DNA from: Eledone cirrhosa
Taxonomy: Eukaryota
Direction of reading: 5' to 3'
NCBI GenBank assembly: GCA_964016885.1
Contig: OZ024749.1
Location: 5,022,001-5,086,000 of the forward strand
DNA: 64,000 bases
The notes beneath the pieces were generated by a model, which had not been told where the DNA came from, did no database searches, and worked only from the letters and a program-made list of their open reading frames with translations. This document shows positions 42,546 through 55,925 of this stretch, in pieces. The position numbers and the translations under genes were made by a program. Each line of letters begins with the position of its first letter. Positions within the stretch are counted from its first letter, which is position 1.

Positions 42546-43059
42546 CATACTTATATTTAGGTATCAGCCGTGCTAAGAGTGAGAAATGAAATTTCGTTTC
42601 ATTCTTTTCCATACATATATATATATATAAATTAAATGAAGGAATATATATATCTTTATACAAGTATAGATATATAGAAAAGCGTCCAACCGAAACTAAA
42701 TTTTATTCTATGAAACAACTAACAAAGATCAACCCATTCTGTGTTTAATATAATCATATCTGGGAAAAGCAAGATAAGAACAAATCTTTACTTACTTACT
42801 TTAATGTCCCTACCGTAGTTTCATTGAGAAAATAACAATAATTCGAGTATTGCGAGAAATGTCGAATCATCAAGAGACTTTCTCAGTCGAGAAAGGCAAT
42901 TCAAGACAGTAAAATTCTTCCTTGTTCAGTGAAAATTCCAAATGAAAGAACTATCACGTGATATGCGATCAAAAGACATTAAAGTAAGTAAAGACGGTTT
43001 TCTGATATCGTTTGCTTTTCCCATATATATATATATATATATATTAAAATAATGAAGGA

Positions 43060-43250
43060 AGTGTGGTACGGAACCATGTGGAGCATAACGCACCAGAGTA
43101 CTCGATACCTGAATGTTATACCCATTTTCACAAGATAAGGATTCTCTTACCCACTCCGAGTTGAGTGGAAGATCACCCCGTCAGACGGGGAGGTCTGACA
43201 AGTCTGTTATCACCATGAACTGAATACCGTAACCACTAGGCTACTCGCCT
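43060..43250 (-). mobile_element. tRNA-headed SINE (different family), diverged
   Basis: Minus strand begins ggcgagtagcctagtggttacgg (tRNA D-arm/A-box). No complete cloverleaf. Confidence 0.45.
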
Positions 43251-43658
43251 TTACTATTCTGAACAAATATTGCAAAGTATTCTCTCCTATCATTCGACGA
43301 CACCGCCACTTAGCTGCCTTCAGCGGAAATAACGATTAGAAAAAAAAAAGAGAGAGAAATGCTGCGAGAATATTCACAACGCAGAAAAGTTAATAGTTAA
43401 TATACTAGTCGTTTATGTAATGCAGAATTGCAGTGCAGGTGCAGCACAATCGGCGCTGCATATCGATAAATTGAATATTGCATTACTGTCTTACAGTTCT
43501 CATATGTTACACCATGCTTCCATAGAATGTTGTCGAAATTTTCTCATTAGCAACTAATGGGCTTATATATTCATACCTTCACCAGCAAACATCGGAACAC
43601 AGACACATACACATAGACGCACACAGACGCACACACACACACATACCCATACACACAC

Positions 43659-43692
<34 letters not shown>

Positions 43693-44165
43693 TCAATAAT
43701 ACAGACATTCACACACAAACAAACATCCATACACACACACATACACAATCATGCAGACATTCACATACACACACACACAATCATACAGACACATACACAC
43801 ACATACACAACAATACAGACATTCACACACACACACATACAATCACACAGACACACACACACAATCATAAAGACACTCACACATGCATACACAAATATAT
43901 TCATATGCATATAATCACATATACTTGTATATATATATATATGCATGTATGGCTGTGTTGTTACGTGGGTGTGTCTATATATATAGGTATGGCTGTGTTG
44001 TTAGGTGGGTGTGTCTGTGTATGTATGTATGGCTCTGTGGTTACGTGGGTGTATCTATGTGTGTATGTATGGCTGTGTGATTACGTGGGTGTGTCTATAC
44101 ATGTATGTATATATACACATACACACACACACATATATATATATATACACACACACAAACATATG

Positions 44166-44201
<36 letters not shown>

Positions 44202-44463
44202 TATATAGATATACATTCATACATGTATATATATGTGTGTGTTTTTATCGGTATGTAGGTATGCATATACGTATGCACACACACACACACACACACATAC
44301 ATATATATGTGTGTGTGTGTGAGTGTGTGTACTTCATTATAATAGTTAGAAATTACACGATGGTCATTAGACATTCTGCGCTACTGTGCAGTTAATGAAG
44401 CGTCTCGAACATGTATACGACCAATGATTGGAACAGGATTTACCATATACCGTATATATATAT

Positions 44464-44507
<44 letters not shown>

Positions 44508-44520
44508 TCACACGCACACA

Positions 44521-44560
<40 letters not shown>

Positions 44561-44628
44561 CGGACGATATATTCACGTGGGCATATGTGCATTTCTATAA
44601 TATATGTGTGTATGTGTGCGCATAAATA

Positions 44629-44775
44629 CTTACATGGTGGCTGCCAACTCGTTTTCGAGTACGGCCACTACTTTATATCCATGTAGGAGAACTCCTACCG
44701 ATTCCGCTGAACGAGTGTGACTTTTTAGTCCAGCCAGCGACTTGAAAACACTGGTACAAACACTGGTACTTGTGA
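44629..44775 (-). mobile_element. RTE-type LINE 3' terminal fragment
   Basis: C2H2-like end VCTSVFKSLAGLKSHTR, then a short UTR with a ctcg-aaaa-cgag hairpin. Confidence 0.55.
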
Positions 44776-45754
44776 TAATTATTGATACATAGTGCTGGGC
44801 CCATGTGACGACATACATACGTACATACAGATATTCTTTTCTTTTACCACCTTGCCACCAGGAAGTTGGCCGGTGAAAAGATATACTCGAAATTAAGAGA
44901 AACAGAACACACATATACATACATTTGTGCTCAAAAATGTTTTACCTATTTTGTGTGCTCATATATTTATTTGTAATACTACACCTATCCTCATCTGTTT
45001 CTTTGATTGGCTGTGATTATTCCCCTCCCTTTACTAACCACATCCTCTTCCGGCTTATCTGCGCTTTCGACTGTACTAACGTGAACCTTCGTTACACTTG
45101 TTATTGTGAATCTAATCTAATCTGTTGAGATTAACATCTGTCTGGTATCGGTGTATTAATTCAATCTTATTTCAATCAACTTATTAATGCCGTACAGAAG
45201 TATTAACCAAAGGACTTACCACGGATATTATTTCTTCGTTTCAACAGGTTTTTTTTCGGTGTTAGTTCAGTAAGTGTTGCAATTATGTTGGTTCAAATTT
45301 CTATTAACTTACTACCATTGAATTAATTTAATTCCCTTTTCAATCGAGTTAGCATTACGTGTAAAGAATTACTATTTTTTAAAACTCTGTTGATATGTGT
45401 CTGCTTGTGAGTGTTTATTTTGTTTAAATACTATTTTTATTCCCTTCTTCCATTCCGTTTTAACATGTTTTAATAACAATCTAGTTGTCTCCTTCACTTT
45501 CTCGGGGAGACACATTATTTCGACGAGGAAAGAGAATAAGCAAAAGAAGAAATACGATATCTGAATGAGCAAGGAGGGGGAAGAAGAAGAAACACTCGAA
45601 ATATTTCGTATATTCTTTTTTTAATTTTGAACAAACACCGCCATAGTTAGTCGTCCAATGAAAAAGTTCAAATGAAATCGTCCAATGAAAAAGTTCAAAT
45701 GAAATACCGTGAGCGTATCAACTCGTTTTCTTAGAACGAAATCAAAAATATAAG

Positions 45755-45920
45755 AGGGTCGGACGCCATGCTTTGACGCATAGTTACGGCCCTTGCCATT
45801 CTGAGTTCAAATCCCGCCGAGGTTAACTTTGCCTTTCATCCTTACGGGGTCGATAAAATAAAGTACCAGTAATGCACTGGATAATTGCTGGCCTTGTGCC
45901 AATAGTAGAAACAATTATTG
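45755..45920 (+). mobile_element. SINE family A, 5' truncated
   Basis: Near-identical to 24935-25098. Confidence 0.88.
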
Positions 45921-46665
45921 ATATAAAATGAAGGAAATAAAGACACTGAACAACAAAGAGAGGGAGAAGGAAAATTGAATCATTACCGATAACATCAACA
46001 ACAAGAATTAAAACATAAACTGTGATATAGAAGAAATGGGGGAACAAGAGAATGAGTAAATTAAATAAAGACAAGAAAAACGAAGAAATGTGTGTAGAAG
46101 GAAGGGGAGGGGCAAGGAAGCTGACCGATAATGAATAACAACAGCAACGTGGATGAAAAGGAAACAAGAAAGAAAATGCAGAAAAATACGAAGCAAGAGA
46201 AACATTTGAATGAGAAGATCGGCGCCTACCTCTGATATAAAACATTTCTCACAACTAGCAATCAAGATAAGTGGGCAAACTGAACTGTTTTCTATAGATG
46301 TGGGATTACAAGTTGTGCCAAAAACAAGCACACTTTCATTTGTAACGAAAATTAATAGTATTTACAAAGTTTTACAAGCTTAAAGCCGTTTAAAATAAAA
46401 CATACAAAAAGAAAACAGAAAAAAAAGACAAGCAAGAATTACGATGACTGAGACAACAACAGCTGCAATAACGAATGGTGTCTGACTGTAATGAATGACT
46501 TTCGCTAACCAGTGTCTACTTCCTGTCAAGTATGACATTGACTAGCCAATAAACGTGTGTTAGTTTTAACAGGTGAGTGTGTGTGTGTGTGGGGGTTGGC
46601 TGTGTGTGTGTCTACAATAGTTTATTGGAAACCAGAAGGCAGAAAACGTCTGCATCTCTCTCTCT

Positions 46666-46700
<35 letters not shown>

Positions 46701-48084
46701 ACTGTGTCGGAGAAAGACTGTGTGATGGTGATATAATTCGAAAGGGTGTATGTATGTGTGTGTATATATATATATTTATTTATATATATATATATATATG
46801 TGAAAACTGGAACGGGAACAAAAACGGAGGCAGTACAAACAAAGGTTTATTAGTGTCACGCTCTTGAGAGTGCTGGGGTCGTTTCGGGCATAAGCCCTTC
46901 TTCAGGGAAAAGTGGGTGGGAAGATAGTTCCGAAGATGTGTGGCGGAGTGGTGGAGAGACATTTAGAAAAAGGGGGGTGGAGAAAAGGGAGGGAAACACG
47001 GTGGAAGGGGTACAAATAAAAATAAACAAAGATAAACAAGTGGTGGAAGGGTGTAGGTGTGGTAACGGGTGGAGTAGGGGGGGGGGGGGGGGGGGGGGGT
47101 ATTCGCGGGGAGAGCTGAAGGTGGTGTTTCTGTATGTGTGTAGGTGTACGTGTGTGTGTGAATGTGAGAGTTGGGGGGAGAACGAGGTTCCATGTTCAGG
47201 AAAAGGTGTCGGGGTGGGTGTAGGTCGGCGTGTGCGTGCGTGTAGATGGTGGAGGGGGGGTTGTGAGGATTCCGGAGGCTGAGTGTGTATATGTGGGGGT
47301 ACGCACGTGTGTGTTGGTGTTTATACGTGGTGTGGATGTGGGTGGCGTGGTTCGAAAAAAAAATTGAGTGTACCCTTGAAATATATATAATAGAATAAAT
47401 ATATATATAATAGAATAAATATGGTACTTTGGTACGCACTTATCAGATAAAATACAAAATTTGTTTTATAACCAGTGACATACCCAGGAATCAGACCTTA
47501 ACAGGTCAGGTTTCTTTTGGATAGTACCTTTAAAATATATATAATAGAATAAATATAGTCTCCATTTATTAATATCATTGATATTATACTCCGGAAACTG
47601 TCGAGTGCTTCGAATCTGTTATAAATATATTTGTAGAACTACCAACAAATTAAATATCTCTTTCCTTATATATATATATATATATAAGTTTTTTTTCCGT
47701 GTATGTCAATATTTATTTATAAAACAAATCTGTATTTTATCTGATGAAAGCGCACCATAATTTGCCTTGGTTGCCCTTGAATTATGTATAAAATACATTT
47801 GGTTTTATAAATATAGTTTCCATTTATTAATATATTGTATATATATATATATGAGAGAGATATGTGTGACAAAGAAGACACAGGCGTATGTGAAAGAAAT
47901 ATGTGTGTGTGTGTGTGTATGGAAGAGACATGAAACAGATTTGAATTTATTGAGAGATGTCTCGTAATCAGATAGAGAAAGGAGGAGGAGAGAGAGAGCA
48001 GGAGATTGGGATAGATGAAGTGAAAGGCATGAACGTAAGAGGGAGAAAGATAAATACAGAGAATGATGTTTTACATATGAAGAC

Positions 48085-48750
48085 TGAGAGAGAGGGTAGA
48101 AATAGAGCGAACGAGAGAGAGAGAGATGGGGGTAGAAATAGAGCAAACGAGAGAGAGAGACAGGGAGGTAGAAATAGAATGAACGAGAGAGACAGGTGGG
48201 GGTAGAAATAGAGAGTGAACGAGAGAGAGACAGGCAGATGGGTGTACAAATAGAGAGCGAACGAGAGAGAGAGAGAGATAGGTGGGGGTAGAAATAGAGA
48301 GCGAACGAGAGAGAGACAGATGGGGGTAGAAATAGAGAGCGAACGAGAGAGAGACAGATGGGGGTAGAAATAGAGAGCGAACGAGAGAGACAGAGGGCGG
48401 TAGAAATAGAGAGCGAACGAGAGAGAGACAGATGGGGGTAGAAATAGAGAGCGAACGAGAGATACAGAGGGCGGTAGAAATAGGGAATGAACGAGAGAGA
48501 GAGAGAGAGAGAGAGATGGGGGTAGAAATAGAGACCGAACGAGAGAGACAGAGGGCGGTAGATATAGAGAGTGAATGAGAGAGAGAGACAGGTGGTGGTA
48601 GAAATAGAGTGAACGAGAGAGAGAGGGATGGGGGTAGAAATAGAGACCGAACGAGAGAGGCAGAGGGCGGTAGATATAGGGAATGAACGAGACAGAGAGA
48701 GAGAGAGACAGGTGGGGGTAGAAATAGAGAGTGAACGAGAGAGAGAGATA
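48085..48750. repeat. Purine-rich minisatellite (~36-45-bp unit ggggtagaaatagagagcgaacgagagagagacagat)
   Basis: ~17 variable units. Confidence 0.9.
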
Positions 48751-49131
48751 GAGATTTGCTATACAGATAGAGGAATGTCAATTTGAGGCGATATACATGA
48801 GATGGAAAAGGGATGAACTTTAATGAGGCAGAGAGTGTGAGAGATGAGAGAGGGGTAGAGAGAGACAACGGCAGAGAAATAGAGAAAGTGGGAAAGATTT
48901 GATATAATTTACTGAACCCCCTAACCTTGGAGTAATTGGCTTCTGGTGTGACTTGAATATTAAAACATTGCTACAACAGCACAGACAACTGTATTACTTC
49001 AAATAGTGAATAAGTAGCGCAGCTCTGTCTGTGTGTACATGTTACTACATTTCTTTATTTTTTTTTTCCTCTTTAGTTTTCTACTACTACACTATATTTT
49101 CCCTGCTTTCATCTTAGTTCTACTTTTCTAA

Positions 49132-50400
49132 GGTAGTCTCGGCATGGTCAAATGGATAAGGGTTCACTTCGCAATCATTGGGTTACGGGTTCGAATCCAT
49201 TTCGCGGATTCGTTTTGGGAAATGTGATTTACCAATGCATCGGATCAATCCAATGCTTTGTTAGTGAAACTGGGTAGATAGAAACTATCTGCAAACCCGT
49301 TGTATTGACTGCACCTTTAATTCAAAGTGCTAGCCTTGTCACAATCTGTAGTCCATTGAATCACTTTGGAACTAATGAAAGACTGGGGTCACCCCAGAAG
49401 TTTCTGGTCTTGTACCTATGCTAGAAACCATTATTATTACCATTATTAAGGGCGGTGGATTGTCAGTATCGGTAAAGGGTCGGACACCATGCTTTGCAGC
49501 ATAGTTATGCACCTTTACGGTCTGAGTTCAAATCCTGCCAAGGTTAACTTCGCCTTCCATCCGTATGCGGTCGAAAAAATAAAGTACCAGTAATGCATTG
49601 GGATAATTGCTGGCCTTGTGCCAAAAGTAGAAACAATTGTTGGCAGTATCGACAGAGCGTCGGACAACATGCTTCATAGTATAGTGTTACGCCCTTTACG
49701 ATCTGAGTTCAAATCCCGCTGTGGGTAGCTTTGCCTTTCATCCTTACGAGGTCGATAAAATAAAGTACCAGTCACGCACTAGGGACGATTTTAATCGACT
49801 TTTCCCTCCCCAAAAATTGCTGGCCTTGTGCCGAACTCAGAAACTATTATTACTACCATTTTATAGAGGTGGTGTCGGTGGATTAGTACTTTCTTTATAG
49901 CGTCAGACGATGTTTTGTGACATATATGTCCCATTAAGTTCTGAGTTAAAACCCGCAGAAATTACTTTGCTTTTCTTCCTTACGGGACCAAGTAAAGTAC
50001 CAGTAACGTGCTCGGACTGATTTAATCGACTTTCCCCCTCTTCCAAGATTGGTGGCCTTGTACCTCAATGAAAAACCATTAATACCATTATTTAATATAG
50101 GTCGCCTAAAATATATACATACGTTGCTTACCTGTACAGACAATATTTATTAGAATGCTGTTGAAATGCGTATACATTTATTGAGACACCGTGTATATCG
50201 ATTTTGTTTGCAATACGAATTTCTTCCGTGGTGTTTTTTTGGAAAATAATCTAACTTTATATATTTTAAAGGCGGTGAATTGGCAGAATCGTAAGATTGT
50301 CGGATAGATAGCCTTGCGGTATTCGTTCCTGTTCTGTTCTCTCTGAGGTCAAATTTGCCTGTCATTTATGCAAGGTCGATAAAAAAGTACCAGTTAACAG
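49132..50400 (+). mobile_element. Head-to-tail cluster of at least 5 tRNA-derived SINEs (~49132, 49451, 49640, 49868, 50271)
   Basis: Repeated A/B-box heads (ggttcgaatcc; gagttcaaatcc) and aaagtaccagt bodies separated by (ATT)-rich tails. Confidence 0.8.
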
Positions 50401-51769
50401 GAGTGGTGAAACTGGAGAGAACAGGCGGCCTGTTCCCATCCCACCCTGTAATTCTAATTTTCTCTCTAAACTACCAAAACGCACATCTATTTGTATATGC
50501 GCTACAATTTATGTACATGTTACGTTTATCGCAAATCGAACGGTTTTATATCTTAGTTGATATTTGATAACAGCTAAACTAAACACTACAAATAAACTGA
50601 CTAAATGTAACCCCCTCCTACACACTCCAATTCAGGAGTACTTCCACCACCCCTGGTCAATTATAGGTGTCGATTATTTCTCTGTGTCTATTTTACACTA
50701 CCACTCTCTCCCTATCTATCCTTCTCTGGAATAAATCTGCTGTGTTTAGAGCTGAAGAGGGATAGACTGCGTCAGGTCTTAAGTAATGCTATATGTCAAT
50801 GCGACCCTCTTATAATTCCCACATGAGTTGCGGAACCATACATATATATATTTGATAATCTGATGGTGTGCTTAAAAATATATATATTAAATTGAAACTT
50901 TTTCAATTCAAAATTACAGCAAAATCAAAATATTTTGATATATTGTTTAAATCGCCCATGCTTATTTATTTCATGTATATTTATTTGGCTGGTTTGCTTT
51001 TCAATCACAACTCTTGCGCTAAATTTACTCTCTAGTTTTGCTAATGATATATGAACTTTTCAAAATTTACCCTACATGTTTTGTTTCTTTTATGGGAATA
51101 TTTCAAATATTTGATTTGTGTTTAGATTAGCATAGAGAGAGGCAAGGCTGGTTAGGTCTGGCAACAGTACATCAGAAGAAGTGCTGTTAAACAAGTGTTG
51201 CTGTATGTCTACTACAACAAAAGACATGTGATCTGCACACAAAGAATCAACATAAATACGACTACCTTTATTTTTCCTTCTTTTTATTCTCTTTGATTGG
51301 AGCAATAAACTATGAAATGTGAAAGTTAGAAAGAAAAATAAACCAGATACCTGACGCTAAATATATTAAAACTCAGCTACAGACATTTGTCATTAGAATA
51401 CCACGGCCATTTTATTTTTCCCTTACATAATACAAACAGATAAGCGATCAAACACACAGGCACACATATATATAAACTTTTTTATTATTATATATATGTA
51501 TAGGTATTTTTTCTCCTTATGTATACACACTTGTATTATTATGTATATATATCTGTTTCTATCTTCTACATTTGTGTGTATTTATGTACATATATAAATA
51601 TGAAAGTTTGTATGGGAGACATATATGTATAATTTTATATAAAGATATTCAAAGATTAACTGAATATGAACGCTATGTACATGTTTCTGGTGCATAGAAA
51701 TATTTGGTTTGTGGATGCATATGTTTGTAAGAGGTATATGCACATGAGTATGTGGTATATATATATATA

Positions 51770-52170
51770 TATATTGAAAGGATAACAAGGACGATTGGTT
51801 ACTCCTTCGTTACATTTTTTGGTAGGTGACGCGCGTTCCGCCACTGATAAGCTCAAGGTTCGATGTGTATCGATCTTACCCGACTCAATAATCGGCAGCT
51901 CGACAGACCCTTTAAAATGGGTCCTTTAAAGGGTCCGTCGAGCTGTCGATTATTGAGTCGGGTAAGATCGATACAGATCGAACCTTGAGCTGATCAGTGG
52001 CGAAACGCGCGTCACCTACCAATAAATGTAATGAAGGAGTAACCAATCGTCCTTGTTATCCTTTCAATATATTACACTCTGTACAGCTCTACACCTCAAC
52101 ACAGAAGTGAACCTAAACATCGAGTACTCACCCGGGTGAACCTGCAGTAACCCCAAATTACACTCTCTGC
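51770..52170. mobile_element. Head-to-head PLE pLTR pair with hammerhead-like motif (GAAAC-GCGC-GTC)
   Basis: 51770-51916 is the reverse complement of 51925-52071. Plus arm: ggt-CCGTCGA-gctg...tggc-GAAAC-GCGC-GTC-acc. Confidence 0.75.
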
Positions 52171-52196
<26 letters not shown>

Positions 52197-52201
<5 letters not shown>

Positions 52202-52719
52202 AAAGTTAAATAAAAGTCAAATGATTAAAATTTAGCTTCATTTATTACTGCTATATATATTTCAGTGACAGCCATCTTTGGCTGTGACCTCTTCAGGCAG
52301 TTTGAATTAGTATGGTATAGACAAGTACATATGTTGTTTAGGTGTATAATATTGTCAATACTCTGATATGCCCAGTTCCCTGTTGGGTTGTTATTTCAAT
52401 GAGGAACTGGAGTCATATGACTTGAGTTCCTCATTGAAATAACAACCCAACAGGGAACTGGGCATATCAGAGTATTGACAATATTATACACCTAAACAAC
52501 ATATGTACTTGTCTATACCATACTAATTCAAACTGCCTGAAGAGGTCACAGCCAAAGATGGCTGTCACTGAAATAGCAGTAATAAACGAAGCTAAATTTT
52601 AATCATTTGACATTTATTTAACTTTATTTTACACGACTCCGGAGTAACCAAACCAAATTGCGCACTTTGTCGAGTGCTCCAGCCTGCATACTGAGGTGTT
52701 GGTATACAACCAACATAAA

Positions 52720-52720
<1 letters not shown>
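52197..52720. mobile_element. Head-to-head pLTR pair of the 37470 family, with hammerheads at 52247-52301 (-) and 52532-52580 (+, helix III deleted)
   Basis: ~210-bp arms 52200-52410 and 52425-52630. Confidence 0.85.
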
Positions 52721-52756
<36 letters not shown>

Positions 52757-52761
<5 letters not shown>

Positions 52762-53445
52762 CAAGGGCGAATGGTTACCCCTTCATTATGTTTATTGGTT
52801 GGTGATGCCCCTTTCGCTATTAATCGGCTCATGGTTCGATCTCTATCGATCTGGCCTGACTCTGTAATCTATGGCCCGTCGAACTTCTGTGGAAACTTTC
52901 GCCTGTAGTGTAGGTGGAGGGGGTGTCATGAGTGAGCTGGTGGTGAGAGGTAGTGTCATGAGTGAGCTGGTGGTGAGAGGTAGTTTGTGATTGGCGGGGT
53001 ATGGCGTTTTGACTGTCTCCAGACACGTTGACGTGTATGTTGAGGCTGATGTTCTGTGTGAGGTGAGAATGTGGTGATGGTGCGGTTTATGATACGGGAT
53101 TAAAGATTGCGATGTTTTATTATTGGGTAGGGTGTAATTAATCCACCAATCAAAACAACTTTTATTGACCACCATATGGACGTTACACTTTTCCGTACAC
53201 CATGTATGTTCATTCTGTTATTACAACCACAGAGGTCCGACGAGCCATTGGTTACAGAGTCGGGCTAGATCGAACCTTGAGCTGATCAATAGCGAAACGC
53301 GCGTCATTAACAATAAACGTAACGAAGGAGTAACCATTCGTTCTTGTTTTATTCTATTACACTCTGTCTAGCTCTTTACCTTGATACCTAAACATCGAGT
53401 GCTCACGCGGGTGAACCTACAGTAACCCCGCGTTACACTCCCTGG
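52757..53445 (+). mobile_element. PLE 3' UTR with inverted tip; same family as 51770-52170
   Basis: ggt-CCGACGA(53237)-gccattg...caatagc-GAAAC-GCGC-GTC(53303-53305). Inverted diverged copy at 52757-52885. (TA)n flanks. Confidence 0.75.
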
Positions 53446-53602
53446 ATATATATATATATATAATACACAGGTCTCCCCCAAAAATGTATACATATTTTGA
53501 TCAAGTGTACAGGCAATATTTAATGGAATGCTTTTGAAGTGTGTATACATTTTTAGTACACCTTATATATATATATATATATGTGTGTGTGTATGTGTGT
53601 GT

Positions 53603-53697
<95 letters not shown>

Positions 53698-54436
53698 TAT
53701 ATATGTGTATATATGAACGGTTAGAACACAGAAGCAAAAAGTAAATAAAAAAAAAGTTATTTGAAATTTCGCTTTTATCAAAACAAATTCATTATAAAGA
53801 AAAGAACGATGGTGTTTATTTCGATGACACAATATTGTTTGATATGCAATCAGGTTGTTTCTGTGTTTTATACTGCTTATTTCTGTCATTAAATCAATAA
53901 GTTATATCAACTATACTTTAGAAGTTAACAATTTCTAGTCTTGATAGCTGCATATGTCTACGTCCATTGATGTTTCCTTGTATGTTTATTCCTTTACTTA
54001 CATGTTCACTAACAATTGTTTCCTGTTCATAATACATCAATGTAGACTTTGTTTTTTAAAGCTTTTTATGGCTATATATAATCTGATCCGCTTGCGTGTC
54101 TATTGTGTGCGTGTGTGACGCTTTGGGTGTGTGTGTGTGTGTGTGTGTGTGTTTGTGTTAGTTTGTATAAGGAGTCCGTTTTGTGTATGGGAAAATGTCG
54201 TTTCCTTCTTTAGATATGTATACGAAATACATAGTTGTATTGTACTTTTCTGAAATGTGTGAATATGTAAACACGTAAATGTATGTGTATAAATATGTAT
54301 ATAGATATGGGTGTCTGTATATATGAAATATATATATGTTCATGTATATATACATACATGAATTTATGTACATGTGTATAAATGTGTATTTATATATATA
54401 TATATACACATACATGAATATGTACATGTGCATAAA

Positions 54437-54480
<44 letters not shown>

Positions 54481-54634
54481 GTGTGTGTTTAGGAAAAGTG
54501 CCCGGAGCTCAGCCGTCGGGGTCCTGACTCTTTTCCTATTACCCACTCTACTACCTTAAGTATCGAGTTCTCTGGTGTGTGATGGTCCACCTGGTTTCTT
54601 CCACACTTTCTTTGTTTATATATATATACATATG

Positions 54635-54699
<65 letters not shown>

Positions 54700-55339
54700 G
54701 AAAATACGTACACATATGTCACTGTTTATGTACATATATACATGTATCTGTGTATGTATGCATATACATAAATGTGTATATAAATATATATTTATTTGTG
54801 TGTATGTCCACACAAATACAAGAATGTATGTAGACGTGAATATGTGTATTCAGACATAAATGCTCATATTTTAACTTAACTTCACACAGGTACATATGTG
54901 TACTTGTCTACTTCATTTATAAACTTTGGAAATTATTTCGTCTTTTTGTGAATATCATTTTATTGGACTTTACAAGTTTTCGTTCTCCCTTGCAGAATCG
55001 GGAGAGTGTCTGACAAAATGCAATGAGGTATTTAGTTACGACTTATTAGGCTCTGAGTTTAAATCACGATGAGGACTGTTTTTCCTTTCATCAATTCAGT
55101 AAAGTCTTGGGGTTAATATACACGATATTCCTTTTCTGCAAATTGCTGGCGTTTGGTTATCAGATAGCACTATTTTATTGCAATTTTTTGTTTGTTTTTA
55201 TATATGGATTTCTTTTATATTCTATATATTTTGAGTTCTAAACCAACCAGATTCAAGGCATATTTATTTTTAAAATTCGTTTCTGGTTTAGTCACATGTC
55301 CCAAAATGATATTTGTGAGGAAAGTCAATTAAATTGAAC

Positions 55340-55925
55340 ACACTGGTAATATTTTTATCGATCTGGTAAGGATGAAAATTAAAGCTAACCCCGGCGGGAT
55401 TTAAATTCAGAACGTATGTGTGAGAAGTGTGTTACTACAAGGCCAGCGAGGCCTAGGCCATGTCATCCGACTGTCTGAATCGGATCAGAAGAAATCTCAG
55501 AGCTATGGACTGGTACTTAATTTACCTTCTTCAAATGTACAAAATTTACTTCGGTGGGATTTGAATTTCTGAAAGCCAATCCTATGTAATCTATATATTA
55601 TACGATCACATACCTCCTGAAAGAGTCGTGGCAACACCTTATTGAAATACGGTGTTTGTTGGGCATTTGTAAGCCTGGAGAAGCCCATCTCTCTCCAAGC
55701 CTAAATACAGCAGATTTCTTCCAGAGAAATAGACGCAATGAGAAAGAGATATAAGAGGAAGAATCGACCCCAGTACTAGACTGGTACTTTGTATATTGAC
55801 CTCAAAGGGATGACACGCAAAGTTTCCCTCTGTGCAATTTGAACTCAGATAGCAGAGAGCCGGAACGAATAGCATAAAGCATTCTTATCCGACGTTCTAA
55901 CGACTCTGCCAATTCGCCACCTATG
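55340..55925 (-). mobile_element. Diverged minus-strand SINE copies (~55340-55430, ~55505-55570, ~55760-55922)
   Basis: ctggta(c/a)t...gatttgaac/tcagaac...ctgccaattcgcc is the reverse complement of the SINE head and body. Confidence 0.6.

Noticed and set aside
50752-50810. CTGAAGAggg...ccctc hammerhead half
   Set aside because: The GAAA/NUH half is missing; at best a truncated remnant.
51090-51305. 71-aa minus ORF as a host exon
   Set aside because: No recognisable homology and no supporting neighbouring exons.
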